DNA of 64,000 bases from Bacteriovoracaceae bacterium (GCA_041586955.1 JBFGZE010000002.1:32001-96000), one strand, 5' to 3'. Counted from the first letter of the stretch, positions 9,896-20,410 are shown. Made by a program: numbers and translations. The notes: generated by a model from the letters alone, not told the origin.

Positions 9896-11500
9896 ATGAA
9901 ATTATACCTATTATTGATTTTATCGGCCGTCAGTACGGCGTTCTTAACAGGGTATTTGGCCCTGTCTTTACAGCGCTCTCACAGTCCCTCCGATCAGGAC
10001 TTAAACGAAATCAATTTTTTAAAAGTTCAATTTCAGCGTTTTGTTTCACCTCAATATATTCTTAACCTCAATTCCATATACCCGCGACCGGAGCAATTAA
10101 AATTATTAGACCCCCTTTTTACGTTAACCGAATGGGATGCTAAAAACGTCACTTCCTTCTCGTCGGCCAAGGATTGTTTTAATTTAATTGATCCTATTTC
10201 CTTGGCCTTTGGTGACCCTAAGCCATTGGTGTGGGAAAACTACCGATGTGGTCGCCGCACCTTTTTGCCTTTAGACTTTTTTAGTTCCGCACCGTTTATT
10301 CACCCCTCCGGTAAGAGTTATGCTTACCTGGCCTTTGAGTTAAGTAAAGACGGCCAAGGCCATCGTGAATGGGCACTCAATCATTTACCATTTTTCCATG
10401 TGATGGAATTACCAGAATTGAAGAATCGAATTGGCGAGCTCTATGGCCCTTTTAAAGTATTAGTTAAACTAGATGAAACATCCTTAACCTCCTTGAGCCG
10501 CGGGAAAGGGACTGTCCTAACCAAAGACTTTCTCATTGCACGGCTTAAATACGGAGAAGACAAACATTTATTAGAATATCGCTTTTATATGCGTTGGCAT
10601 TTACAAGACTTTTTAAGTGATGGACCTTACGTTCTGCAAAACTTTGGTAAAGGACGTTATTGTTTTTATCGAGATGGCAACCTCTGCTGGAATTTATCGA
10701 CACGGCATCTTTTCCTCTTGGCCAATAAATCCATTGTGATTATTTTGGGAGGACTTATTATTATTGTCATTGCTGTCGTCCGTTTATTATTAGGGAAGTT
10801 GAAAGAACAAAAATTAGAAGATGAACGTCAGCGTCTCGCGCTTCGGGTTTTAACCCATGAATTCCGTACTCCAATTACCTCCTTGCTGCTTCTTAACGAG
10901 AAACTAGGGAATCAATATATGAATATGAACGATGAAATGCAGGAAACGGCACTTAAAATATCGAGTGAGACCTATCGTTTAAAAAATCTTGTTGATTCGA
11001 GTCGCCATTACTTGCGCTCCAGACAGGATTCACGTCTGATTGAGTTTCATTGGACTCATGTCGATTCTTATAATAGATATTTTGGTGATATGTTAAATAG
11101 TTTTCAGGATCATTATGGTGATCAATTAAAATTTATTCCTCTTGAAAATGATGGCGCTGGCGCTATTGATGACTATTGGTTGGGAATTTGTGTTAAAAAT
11201 TTAATCGAGAATGGCTTCACTCATGGCCGGCTACCGGTTACTCTAAGTTTAGCTATTGTAAGCGGGCGCCTGCATATTATGATAGAAGATTGTGGGCAGG
11301 TTCAATTTAATAATTTAAAAGAAATGATTCCAGAATTTGTTAAAGGAAGCCAAAGTCCAGGGACTGGCCTAGGCCTGAATATCGTGGCAAAAATCATAAA
11401 AGAGATGGGTGGCCAATTCATTTTTGAGAAAAACCCCACTCGTTTTACTCTTATTTTATCTAAAAAGGAAAGAAAGAATGAGCAAAGTGCTATTGGTTGA
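9896..11500 (+). CDS. Sensor histidine kinase with VxrA/WigK-like (DUF3404-like) periplasmic domain
   Basis: Two TM helices, H-box LTHEFRTP, N-box KNLIENG, GTGLGL. Periplasmic PLVW..RC..LPLDFFSSAPFIHPSGKSYAY. Confidence 0.88.
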   Translation: MKLYLLLILSAVSTAFLTGYLALSLQRSHSPSDQDLNEINFLKVQFQRFVSPQYILNLNSIYPRPEQLKLLDPLFTLTEWDAKNVTSFSSAKDCFNLIDPISLAFGDPKPLVWENYRCGRRTFLPLDFFSSAPFIHPSGKSYAYLAFELSKDGQGHREWALNHLPFFHVMELPELKNRIGELYGPFKVLVKLDETSLTSLSRGKGTVLTKDFLIARLKYGEDKHLLEYRFYMRWHLQDFLSDGPYVLQNFGKGRYCFYRDGNLCWNLSTRHLFLLANKSIVIILGGLIIIVIAVVRLLLGKLKEQKLEDERQRLALRVLTHEFRTPITSLLLLNEKLGNQYMNMNDEMQETALKISSETYRLKNLVDSSRHYLRSRQDSRLIEFHWTHVDSYNRYFGDMLNSFQDHYGDQLKFIPLENDGAGAIDDYWLGICVKNLIENGFTHGRLPVTLSLAIVSGRLHIMIEDCGQVQFNNLKEMIPEFVKGSQSPGTGLGLNIVAKIIKEMGGQFIFEKNPTRFTLILSKKERKNEQSAIG

Positions 11501-12152
11501 AGATGACGTTAATCTTGGAGACTCTTTAAAGGACTTTTTAACAAGAGAAGGGTTTTCGGTAACTCTATGCCGGACTCTGAAAAAAGCTGTGGATGTTGAT
11601 ATCAATCCATTGGAATTAATTATTTTAGATTGGATGCTACCCGATGGGCAGGGGATCGATTTTTTAAAAGAAATACGAGGAAAGGGGAGTGACCTTCCTA
11701 TTATAATGCTTACTGCACGTACCGATTTAATTGATAAGGTTTTAGGATTAGAGTCTGGTGCCAACGATTACTTAACAAAACCCTTTGAGCCCCGTGAGCT
11801 ATTAGCGAGAATTCGTGTCCAATTAAGAGATCAAGCTATTGGGAAAAAGAGCGATGTTGACGACCGCATTAACCTAGGCCAGCTCATTATCGATCTTGAA
11901 AGGCGTGAGGTGAGGTTTGATAATGAAAAAGTCGAATTGACGAAAATGGAGTTTGACTTTTTAAGGCTCTTGGCCGAATCTCCTAATCGTGCTTTTTCAA
12001 GGGAAGAAATTCTCAATAAGGTATGGGGCTATAATAATTTTCCGACGACTCGTACCGTTGATACACATGTCTTACAATTGCGTCAGAAATTAAAAGATGA
12101 ATTAATAGAAACAGTGCGTGGAGTTGGCTATCGTCTGCGCTTTGGAGATTAA
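11478..12152 (+). CDS. OmpR/PhoB-family response regulator
   Basis: LLVEDD, ILDWMLPD, GANDYLTKPF, winged helix RTVDTHV...ETVRGVGY. Confidence 0.95.
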   Translation: MSKVLLVEDDVNLGDSLKDFLTREGFSVTLCRTLKKAVDVDINPLELIILDWMLPDGQGIDFLKEIRGKGSDLPIIMLTARTDLIDKVLGLESGANDYLTKPFEPRELLARIRVQLRDQAIGKKSDVDDRINLGQLIIDLERREVRFDNEKVELTKMEFDFLRLLAESPNRAFSREEILNKVWGYNNFPTTRTVDTHVLQLRQKLKDELIETVRGVGYRLRFGD

Positions 12153-12154
12153 TC

Positions 12155-13360
12155 ATGACTCTTTCTCTCCCCATCGGTATTTTAAAAGATAAGGCCCGAG
12201 GCCCTCAAAATCATTTTGAGTATTTTGCTAAAGACTTTGAAGAGACACCCCATGGGCTTCTACCCGGTGCTTGGATTAAGTTAATTCATCGCAAGAAAGA
12301 ATACCTTGGGACATTTAATGCTTTTTCACAAAATCAGATTATCTGCCGAACCATGGGGGCCTTTCCTCATGGGGATTGGGTGACTGAGGAAGAGTTGGCC
12401 ACTTCTTTTATTGAAACGCGTATCCAATTAGCGGTTCAAAAGAGATTTACCTGGCGTGACTTTGATCGTGGTTGTCGTCTTATTTATGGTGCCAGTGACG
12501 GATTACCAGGCCTTATTGTTGATCTCTATCAAAATGCCGCTCTCATTCAAATTCATAGTGCTGGTTTAGATCGTTTTAGAGAAAAAATAAAACTTGCCAT
12601 TGAAAAACATATTCAAGCAAAAGCGGTTTTTTTAGATGATCCGAAATTGCGGGAAATTGAGGGGTTGCCACAATTTCCTGGAGATGATTTACCATCCTTT
12701 ATCGAAGTTTATGAAAATGGGTGTCTTTTTAAATTAGAACAAGATATTTGGCAAAAGATTGGTTTTTATTATGACCATCGCTTTAATCGTAAGCGATTAA
12801 AAATGATTTTAAGCGAACTTAATTTTAAAGGGGAAACCGCTCTCGACTTATTTTCTTATGTCGGTGCTTGGGGGTTTACTCTTTTAAAAGAAAAATTTAT
12901 TAATCGCGTGGACTTTATTGATCAGGCGCATCTTGGGCCGACATTTATAGAAAATGCTAAACTCAATGGTTGTCTGAAACAGGCCCATTTCCATCGACAA
13001 GATGTTTTTTCTTATTTGGTTAAGGCCCATAAAGAGGGGCAGCGCTATTCACTTATTATTTCAGACCCTCCTGCATTTTCAAAAACTAAAAAAAATAGAG
13101 AAAAAGCACTCCATGGTTATCGTAAATTGGCCAAAAATTGTCTTAAATTGATTACTGATGAGGGGGGGGTTTTTGTCATGGCATCCTGTACCCATGGGGT
13201 CAGTAATGAGGATTTAGATCGACTGGTACAATTAGAGGCGGTAGACCTTGGCAGGCAAGTACAATTATTGGATATGGGACTACAAGGGCCAGACCATCCC
13301 TTTCAAGGCCTTAGTGGCGGATCTCTCTATATCAAGTCTCTTATTTATCAAGTCTTTTAA
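12155..13360 (+). CDS. RlmI/RlmK-like class I SAM-dependent rRNA methyltransferase
   Basis: RLIYGASDGLPGLIVDLY, QKIGFYYDHR, LDLFSYVGAWG, IISDPPAF. Confidence 0.85.
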   Translation: MTLSLPIGILKDKARGPQNHFEYFAKDFEETPHGLLPGAWIKLIHRKKEYLGTFNAFSQNQIICRTMGAFPHGDWVTEEELATSFIETRIQLAVQKRFTWRDFDRGCRLIYGASDGLPGLIVDLYQNAALIQIHSAGLDRFREKIKLAIEKHIQAKAVFLDDPKLREIEGLPQFPGDDLPSFIEVYENGCLFKLEQDIWQKIGFYYDHRFNRKRLKMILSELNFKGETALDLFSYVGAWGFTLLKEKFINRVDFIDQAHLGPTFIENAKLNGCLKQAHFHRQDVFSYLVKAHKEGQRYSLIISDPPAFSKTKKNREKALHGYRKLAKNCLKLITDEGGVFVMASCTHGVSNEDLDRLVQLEAVDLGRQVQLLDMGLQGPDHPFQGLSGGSLYIKSLIYQVF

Positions 13361-13369
13361 TATGATCCT

Positions 13370-14116
13370 TTAAAGAGGCATTGAGCGATAATCGACATGT
13401 ACTAATTTCCATAATTGAATTCGATGGGCCAGGGACATATCCTTAAAGCGGACACCTATACCACTGGGGAGCTGAGATTTTCCACCTCCTCCAAATCGGA
13501 CTATTTCGGCTTCCATCGCTAATTCTCGTTCTTCAAGACCTAAATAGATTTTTAAGGAACTACCAGCTTCATTGGCGCTTAGCTGAATATTGGTATCAGC
13601 TTGGTCCTCTCCGATTGTCGATAAAAAGGCACCTGTACTGGAAATATCCACAGTTCTGGCCAGCTGAGGTTTGCCATCTATTTCCAACCATACTGGTAGC
13701 GAAAGCTGTCGTCTCTTTGCCGGTTTCCACCATTGAAGGTGTGGATTTCTTAAGGCCTTCATTGAATCTTTTTGAAATACTCCGAGGCAGAAAACGGAAA
13801 AAAATAGGCCAGATATAGCGGCCTGCATACCTGAATAATCAGTTCCAAAGCGGTAGACAAGAAAATTATTAACAATCACTAACAAAACGGAAAGAGGTAA
13901 AGTAAAAAATAAGGCTTTATGGGCCTGGGCACTTAAGACAGCATTAATTAAACAAATGGTGATGACTGCCCAATTGGTGAGGGTTATTTTTTGGAGGACC
14001 ATTGGCCAATCTTGGGGCCCGTGATTATAGAGTGCCATAATTTGGATGGGAATAGATAAGGCCACCATCACAAACACTAACGCAAATAATGTTAAAATAA
14101 ACGGTCTCTTTCTCAT
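13370..14116 (-). CDS. 4-TM membrane protein with C-terminal PilZ domain
   Basis: Four TM segments, then WWKPAKRR...DISSTGAF...GIGVRF. Confidence 0.8.
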   Translation of the reverse strand: MRKRPFILTLFALVFVMVALSIPIQIMALYNHGPQDWPMVLQKITLTNWAVITICLINAVLSAQAHKALFFTLPLSVLLVIVNNFLVYRFGTDYSGMQAAISGLFFSVFCLGVFQKDSMKALRNPHLQWWKPAKRRQLSLPVWLEIDGKPQLARTVDISSTGAFLSTIGEDQADTNIQLSANEAGSSLKIYLGLEERELAMEAEIVRFGGGGKSQLPSGIGVRFKDMSLAHRIQLWKLVHVDYRSMPL

Positions 14117-14125
14117 AAAACTCTC

Positions 14126-15238
14126 TCATAAATGGGAAAAATGGTAGCAATAACTTTGAATATTGCGCACGTATTTTTTCGCCTCTTTTAGTTTGGGCGC
14201 GTCTAACCAATTGCTTCCCAATTTTTTAATACTTTTTTTCACTCTGAAGGCGCCACTATTATAGCTCGCTAAGATAATTTTAGACTTTTCTTTCTCTGGA
14301 TTTGGTAGATAATTTGTTACGACGTTGCGATTTTTCTTTTTCGCCCAATACTTTTTGAGATAATGAATATAATTTGCGCCACCGCGAATTGAGTATTCAT
14401 TATTAAGACGCCATTCATTAGTTTCATTGATTTGGCCGGCCCGAATAAGGGACTTGATTCGAAAGCTTCCCATCTTATTAATTTTTGGATAACGCGGCCA
14501 ATGGGGATATTTTTCAATAATATGCTGTTCTGCCAAGGGTGTTACTTGTGTGAGTCCAATCGCCTTTGCCCAGCTGACGGCCATGGGGTTAAAGCTTGAT
14601 TCTTGGGCGACTAATCCTGCCATTAGACTGGGGTTCAGATTTTCATCACGTGAAACAGTGGTTATTGTCTGAATCGTTTCATCTGGTGGATTGAAAGTTC
14701 CTGTGGAAACGAGAGGTCCAAAATTATCAATTGAGCATTCAGGGTTTTTATACTCGGTTAAGAATCCATCCTCCATTTTGCTCGGACGGTAATGCACTAA
14801 TAGTTCAGAGTCTTGATCAATTTTATATTTAAAAAAGCGAAAGCTATAGGTAATCGTATTTTTATCTTGGTCGATAGTGCTCTTAGCATGTCTTAAAAAT
14901 TCATGAGTCATATCTTTTTTATCAAAAAAGATTTGAATTTGATGGTCAAAAGGAATGCCTGATGGGTCAAATATTGTAATCTTAAAATGATGAGACCGAT
15001 GCCATAATTTACGGGAAGGAAAGAAATGAATTTGTGGTTCAAGTCCCGTTTCGTTTTGAGCATTCATTATGGCCGTTGGAAGGTGGCCAATTTCCATTCC
15101 TGCATCGGTCGGTGGATTAAATACATCAATTGCACCGAATGGGCTTATGGGGCCCGCGCAGCTAGTAAAAACAACAATGATAATGAATACAGGCCATGGT
15201 ATAGTTGACACCACAACTCCTTTATTATGCCTAAGCAT
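14126..15238 (-). CDS. SLT-domain lytic transglycosylase (probable lipoprotein)
   Basis: FTSC lipobox-like. QESSFNPMAVSWAKAIGLTQV, SIRGGANYI, LASYNSG. Confidence 0.88.
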   Translation of the reverse strand: MLRHNKGVVVSTIPWPVFIIIVVFTSCAGPISPFGAIDVFNPPTDAGMEIGHLPTAIMNAQNETGLEPQIHFFPSRKLWHRSHHFKITIFDPSGIPFDHQIQIFFDKKDMTHEFLRHAKSTIDQDKNTITYSFRFFKYKIDQDSELLVHYRPSKMEDGFLTEYKNPECSIDNFGPLVSTGTFNPPDETIQTITTVSRDENLNPSLMAGLVAQESSFNPMAVSWAKAIGLTQVTPLAEQHIIEKYPHWPRYPKINKMGSFRIKSLIRAGQINETNEWRLNNEYSIRGGANYIHYLKKYWAKKKNRNVVTNYLPNPEKEKSKIILASYNSGAFRVKKSIKKLGSNWLDAPKLKEAKKYVRNIQSYCYHFSHL

Positions 15239-15573
15239 AGATAAAGGTTAAGACTCCCAGGTATAGCTAACGTTCAGAAAAGAAATCTTAGTTACTCCTA
15301 GTTTAAAGGCGCACAGCGTTGCGAGCAATAACCTTTATTTTATAAGTCTATAGATCGCCAAATAAAGCTTTTATTAACGAGCTAACTGTTTGATAATAAA
15401 GCTAAGTTATAAACAAAAAAAATGAATAGCGCGCTCGTTTTTTGACAAAAAGAGGGCCAAATTCTGCCCTCTATCCGTGGCGCTTTGTCTTTACTGAATA
15501 ATTGTTGTCTGTGTAAACGTACTTTTCAATACTTACCTGACTTCATATAATAAAATTAAAAGAGAGGGTAATA

Positions 15574-15963
15574 ATGACTCAAAAGAAGAAACCAACCAAT
15601 GGTGAACTCGCGATCCGTACTTTGGCCATGCCGGCCGATACCAATCCTGATGGGGATATTTTTGGCGGTTGGCTTTTATCCCAAATGGATATAGCTGGAG
15701 GGATTGTCACGAAGAAATTGACTCATGGAAGAACTGTGACAGTCGCTGTGGATTCCATGACATTTCACTTGCCCGTTTACGTCGGTGATGTTTGTTGTTG
15801 TTATGTGGAATGCCTTAAAATAGGGAGAACTTCTGTTCAGGTAAAAGTTGAGGCCTGGTGTATCCGTCAGTATAGTACCGAAAGGGTTCTCGTAACCGAG
15901 GGGATTTTTACTTATGTGGCGATTGATGATGATAAGAAACCTCGTGTGATTAATAAGTCATAG
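15574..15963 (+). CDS. yciA: Acyl-CoA thioesterase (hotdog fold)
   Basis: AMPADTNPDGDIFGGWLLSQMDIAGG, VTEGIFTYVAID. Confidence 0.9.
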   Translation: MTQKKKPTNGELAIRTLAMPADTNPDGDIFGGWLLSQMDIAGGIVTKKLTHGRTVTVAVDSMTFHLPVYVGDVCCCYVECLKIGRTSVQVKVEAWCIRQYSTERVLVTEGIFTYVAIDDDKKPRVINKS

Positions 15964-15969
15964 AAATAA

Positions 15970-16689
15970 ATGGTGGTAGGAATGAATGGTGTTGAGTTTC
16001 GTGGAATTTCCCATTTCTATGGGCATAATAAGGCGGTGGATCAGGTCAATTTTTCTCTGGCCAAAGGCCATATTTTCGCCTTGCTCGGACCTAACGGCGC
16101 TGGCAAAACAACATTGATCAAAATTTTAATCGGATTATTAAAACCCACCCAAGGAGAATGCTTCGTATGGGGCCAACCGGCAGGAGAGTTTTCCCATCGA
16201 AAAAGGTTGGCCTATTTACCGGAAAAATTTAATTTTTATCCCTTTTATACTATTGAGAAGGCCTTGACCTTTATCGGCCGCTTGAGAGGCGTTACGACAG
16301 AAGAAATGTCCGAGCGATTAGATTTCGCCTGTGATAAATTTCAAGTTCAAGATATCAGAACAAAGAAATTACAGGAGTTATCCAAAGGCCAATTGCAACG
16401 AGTTGGTCTTGCCAGTTTATTAATGGGCGAGGCCGACCTTTATTTATTAGATGAGCCTTTCTCGGGTTTAGACCCCATTGCTATCCGTCTGGTTAAGGAT
16501 GCTCTTAAAGATTTGGGAAAACAGGGTAAAACCATTTTTGTGAATACTCATCTTATCAATGAGGCCCAAACATTTGTGGATTCATTTGCAGTTCTTTATA
16601 AAGGCCAATTAATGGCACAAAAGGAATTAAGTGATCTGACGAATGGCGAAAGTATTGAAGACTTTTTTATGGATACAATTAAGGGATAA
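15970..16689 (+). CDS. ABC transporter ATP-binding protein
   Basis: GPNGAGKTT, LSKGQLQR, LLDEPFSGLD. Confidence 0.93.
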   Translation: MVVGMNGVEFRGISHFYGHNKAVDQVNFSLAKGHIFALLGPNGAGKTTLIKILIGLLKPTQGECFVWGQPAGEFSHRKRLAYLPEKFNFYPFYTIEKALTFIGRLRGVTTEEMSERLDFACDKFQVQDIRTKKLQELSKGQLQRVGLASLLMGEADLYLLDEPFSGLDPIAIRLVKDALKDLGKQGKTIFVNTHLINEAQTFVDSFAVLYKGQLMAQKELSDLTNGESIEDFFMDTIKG

Positions 16690-16691
16690 TT

Positions 16692-17507
16692 ATGAAGTAT
16701 ATTTTATTAAACACCATACTTAAGGAGTACCGCTCAAAAACCTTAATTCTTTTTTCAATTTTAACAATGATCATTCTTCTTTTGGCAAATTCTCTTTTAG
16801 GTCTTGTCAAAGAGTCTTTCGATGGCGCTTTTTCGCCCGAAACTATGGGGGAGACATCAATTGGCATCTTCTTATGGATGATTGGGCTTTGGGGGCATTT
16901 TTTGAGCATTTATATTGGCTCTCGTCTTTTACCGACTGATATTGATGGCAAAATAACTCATTTCCTTTTATCACTACCTCTGCGTCCTTTTGATTACCTG
17001 GTTGGTCGATTATTAGGCGGTGTAAGTATCGTCTACTTCTTTTATGGTCTTTCTATTTTATTAGCATCTCTATTATTCTCCCTGACTCTTAAAATTCCAT
17101 TGTTCAGTTTTGCGGCCTTAGGGGCCATTTTTTCTATGGGATTTACCTCTCTGGCGCTTATTTCCCTATCGATGACTTTTTCTCTATTTCTTGGGAGGAT
17201 GGGAAGTTTTATTACCATGGTCTTTTTATTATTTGGAATCTGGATAAGTCGGTTTTCTGAACCTATTATATGGGAGAACTTTACTTCTGGTGCTATCTTT
17301 GAATGGCAGGGGATATGGAATATTATCAAAACTTTTGCCTTTCTTCTTTTGCCCCATTTAGATGTATGGGAGGCCTGGAACCGCCACTTGCTTCTTAATG
17401 GTGAATTTAATTTTTCTCTGGGCCTAGAATCTGTTCATATTTTAATGGTACTGGGACTATGGTTCCTCTTGCTCCTTAAAATATTTCCGGCAAGGGTCAG
17501 GAGTTAA
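16692..17507 (+). CDS. ABC-2 type transporter permease
   Basis: About 6 TM helices, LLSLPLRPFDYLVGRLLG. Adjacent to the ATPase. Confidence 0.85.
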   Translation: MKYILLNTILKEYRSKTLILFSILTMIILLLANSLLGLVKESFDGAFSPETMGETSIGIFLWMIGLWGHFLSIYIGSRLLPTDIDGKITHFLLSLPLRPFDYLVGRLLGGVSIVYFFYGLSILLASLLFSLTLKIPLFSFAALGAIFSMGFTSLALISLSMTFSLFLGRMGSFITMVFLLFGIWISRFSEPIIWENFTSGAIFEWQGIWNIIKTFAFLLLPHLDVWEAWNRHLLLNGEFNFSLGLESVHILMVLGLWFLLLLKIFPARVRS

Positions 17508-17512
17508 AAAAA

Positions 17513-18352
17513 TTAGGGTATAAGAAAAGAGGCAAAAAGTGGATTATGATCTGAGCCTCCGTCGGCCTCTTCGACATGAGATGCTGCTAAGGTCATGCCT
17601 TTATAGAGAATATGATCTAGTGCACGGCCAAAGTACTTTGTTCTTATGTCAGGTGAAAAGCGAGCTTGCTTGAGACTTGCTTCTCTTGCCATTTTGATTA
17701 AGGCCTTTGACCGATTGGCCCGCCAAGTATTAAAATCACCTGCAAAAATAATAGGTCCGGTATGTTTTTTGACCTTGTCAAAAAGAATTACCATTTGTGC
17801 TTTCCACGAATCAAATTTAACAAAGTTAATAGCATGAACATTAATTACTAATAATTTTTGCGCTCTATTTTTTAAAGAGTAGGTACTTAAAAGTGCCATT
17901 TTTGGTGTTTTGAAAATTGGTTCAGTGACGGGCGCGCGCAATGGTATCACTTGTGCGCTCTTCGCCTTTGCAGCGGTTGCGACCCCTGTTTTTTCATTCG
18001 TGTCTTCAAAAGTAAAGGAGTAGGCAAAAAAGGTTTCAAAATTACGATCGCTGAAAAGTTCATAAAAAGATGGGGTCGTGATTGTTTCTTGTAAAATGAG
18101 AATGTTTTGTTGACCTACAATTTGTTGGTATTTAGAGTTAAAGTTATCGCCCTCCATCTTATAGATATTCCACACCATTATATTAAGATTAAGTGGTAAA
18201 GATTTATTTGAGGTGTTGCTAACCCTCTCCAAGCTATTGGCGATACTGGGGACTTTAATTCGATAGATACTACGTTCACCCGCCGTAGTTGTAAGGGTAA
18301 AAATCAATAATAAAATAGAAAACAGTGATAAATTAATTTTTTTCATATTCAT
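17513..18352 (-). CDS. Secreted endonuclease/exonuclease/phosphatase (YafD-like)
   Basis: VWNIYK, LILQE, NVHAINF, AGDFNTW, LDHI, SDHNP. Signal peptide. Confidence 0.88.
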   Translation of the reverse strand: MNMKKINLSLFSILLLIFTLTTTAGERSIYRIKVPSIANSLERVSNTSNKSLPLNLNIMVWNIYKMEGDNFNSKYQQIVGQQNILILQETITTPSFYELFSDRNFETFFAYSFTFEDTNEKTGVATAAKAKSAQVIPLRAPVTEPIFKTPKMALLSTYSLKNRAQKLLVINVHAINFVKFDSWKAQMVILFDKVKKHTGPIIFAGDFNTWRANRSKALIKMAREASLKQARFSPDIRTKYFGRALDHILYKGMTLAASHVEEADGGSDHNPLFASFLIP

Positions 18353-18374
18353 AATCGTATCTATTTACCCTATA

Positions 18375-19364
18375 ATGATGAGAAGGGCGTTTTTGAAAAG
18401 GTGCCAATGGTTTTTTATGAAAGCAAATTTAGAAGAAATTGGCCACGACTACTTTAATAAACCTCTAAAAGAGGTGGAATTAAAATCAATTGTTCAGGTA
18501 CTTCCTAACACGCCCGTGCCACAGGCGATCAAAATGATGAAGGATGGTGGTATTGGGGCGATTTTCATTTCCGAAAATGACCGATTATTAGGGGTTCTTT
18601 CTGAGGCGGACCTCCTTTATAAAATGCAACCTGGCAAAGATTGGACTGAGAAGCTAGTCCAAGAAGTGATGACTGTTAACCCTCTTTCGGTTGATATAGA
18701 GCAACATAATTTATCTCATTGTATGCAACTTTGCAGCCGCTATAGAATTCATCATCTGCCGGTATTAAAAAATGGAAGCCCTCTCTACATGATTTCAATT
18801 CTAGATATTATGGGCCTTATCCGCGAAATTTTTCCTAAGAGTATTAAAGAGAAGGGTGTCGTTGATGAATTAATAAAGTTTGATGTTGAAGCTTGTATTG
18901 AAGGTTTTGATTTACCAGCGAAAAGTAAAGGTCAAGTTTCGGGTCGTCTATTTTTGACCCCACTTAAGCGCCTGGTTTATAATCAACCTATTTTTTTAGA
19001 TCATCAAGTACCTCTCAGCGAGGTGATGTTAACCTTGCAGGGGAAGAAGCGAGGTACCTGTCTTATAATGGAGTATGAAACTCGATTGAAGGGAGTTGTC
19101 ACCGAGAGAGACCTCTTGTTTAAACTTTTTGAAGATGCCCCTGACCGCTTTAATCCAGGGTTGGAAGTCAAAGATTTTATGGCCCCAACTCCCCATTTAT
19201 TTTTTACTAAAAATCACTTTGCTCATGCCATTAATTATATGGTCGAAAATGGGCATGGCACTATTATTCTAGTTGATAAAGACAATTTTCCAGTAGGTCT
19301 TGTCAGTCATCTTGAGATTTTCCAATTCATTACCGACTATATTTTTGCCAAAGATAAAGCTTAG
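18375..19364 (+). CDS. CBS-domain protein (two CBS pairs)
   Basis: Repeated CBS motifs GVLSEADLL / VQEVMT / HHLPV and GVVTERDLL / VKDFM. Start may be ATG 18417. Confidence 0.85.
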   Translation: MMRRAFLKRCQWFFMKANLEEIGHDYFNKPLKEVELKSIVQVLPNTPVPQAIKMMKDGGIGAIFISENDRLLGVLSEADLLYKMQPGKDWTEKLVQEVMTVNPLSVDIEQHNLSHCMQLCSRYRIHHLPVLKNGSPLYMISILDIMGLIREIFPKSIKEKGVVDELIKFDVEACIEGFDLPAKSKGQVSGRLFLTPLKRLVYNQPIFLDHQVPLSEVMLTLQGKKRGTCLIMEYETRLKGVVTERDLLFKLFEDAPDRFNPGLEVKDFMAPTPHLFFTKNHFAHAINYMVENGHGTIILVDKDNFPVGLVSHLEIFQFITDYIFAKDKA

Positions 19365-19614
19365 GGGAGCGGTGGCAACCTGGCGCAACTTGTCTTTGCA
19401 ACCTTGGCCCTATAAAAAGGGCGTGAATAAGGCCTTTCACCAATCCACTCAGGTCCATTTCGATAATGAGAGCAGAATCTTTTTTTTGAGGCCGGGCACG
19501 AAAATTAACATTTAAAAAAGTGCTATGGAATGACATTTGACCCTCCTGGGATATATGTATTAATTGGTCAAGTCTTAGCTCTAACTTGAACCCCAAGCAA
19601 TACAATGATAGAAA

Positions 19615-19631
19615 GTATCAAAAAATGGTAC
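19615..19631. promoter_or_regulatory. Putative autoregulatory operator of the HTH regulator
   Basis: Imperfect inverted repeat GTATCA-N5-TGGTAC at the regulator start region. Confidence 0.35.
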
Positions 19632-19636
19632 TTTTT

Positions 19637-20410
19637 ATGAAAAATGGCCCCACTTATTCATTATTAATTAAAGAACTCAAGAACATTCTCAAGAAGAAAG
19701 GGATTAAATACTCCCAATTGGCCGACCAGCTAAAGATGAGCGAATCTTCTGTAAAACGCTTGATGACGGCCGTTGATGGCCCGTTCTCTAAAATTGAAGC
19801 GATCTGTGAAGTGGCCGGCCTCTCATTTTTTGATTTAGTGGCCTTCTGTAAAGAAGAGAGGGCCATTAATTTTGTTTTGACGGCAGAACAAGAACGGTTC
19901 TTTTCCCATAACACCCATTATTTTTATTTTTTCCACCTTTTGCATGAAGAGAACTTCACCATTAAGCAAATCATGGAACGTTATCAGCTGAATCAACATT
20001 CTATTTCGCAATATCTAAAAAAATTAGAAGAATTAGGGCTTCTTGAGCGCCATCCGGGCGATAAGGTTAAAATTTTAGGTGAGGGTCGTATTACCTTTTC
20101 TGAAATTAATGATTTGGGCCGCTCGCTAATCAAATCATCGATGCATAATTTTGCAGAAGTGACATCCAACTTTGATGAACTAAAACGGAAGGCCGCAGGG
20201 AAAGAGCTGCATTTTGCTTTTGGTGAATATTATATGCGCCATGAAACTGCCGATCATTTTATCCAAGATTTGCGGAAAATTGAGGCGCAAATGGATGTGG
20301 CCAGCAGTCGAGAGGTTAAAGTCTATGAACCCCACGAACTGGATTTCTATACAAGTGTGGTGAGTTTTCTTCCTATGCGTTTCTATTATGAAGATTTACC
20401 GAATCTTTAA
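19637..20410 (+). CDS. XRE-type helix-turn-helix transcriptional regulator
   Basis: LKNILKKKGIKYSQLADQLKMSESSVKRL, plus a second winged-HTH-like segment YLKKLEELGLLERHPGDKVK. Start 19625 or 19637. Confidence 0.85.
   Translation: MKNGPTYSLLIKELKNILKKKGIKYSQLADQLKMSESSVKRLMTAVDGPFSKIEAICEVAGLSFFDLVAFCKEERAINFVLTAEQERFFSHNTHYFYFFHLLHEENFTIKQIMERYQLNQHSISQYLKKLEELGLLERHPGDKVKILGEGRITFSEINDLGRSLIKSSMHNFAEVTSNFDELKRKAAGKELHFAFGEYYMRHETADHFIQDLRKIEAQMDVASSREVKVYEPHELDFYTSVVSFLPMRFYYEDLPNL

Noticed and set aside
19300..19605. Overlapping 71-aa (+) and 91-aa (-) ORFs between the CBS gene and the regulator
   Set aside because: No RBS or recognisable motifs, and both overlap real genes.
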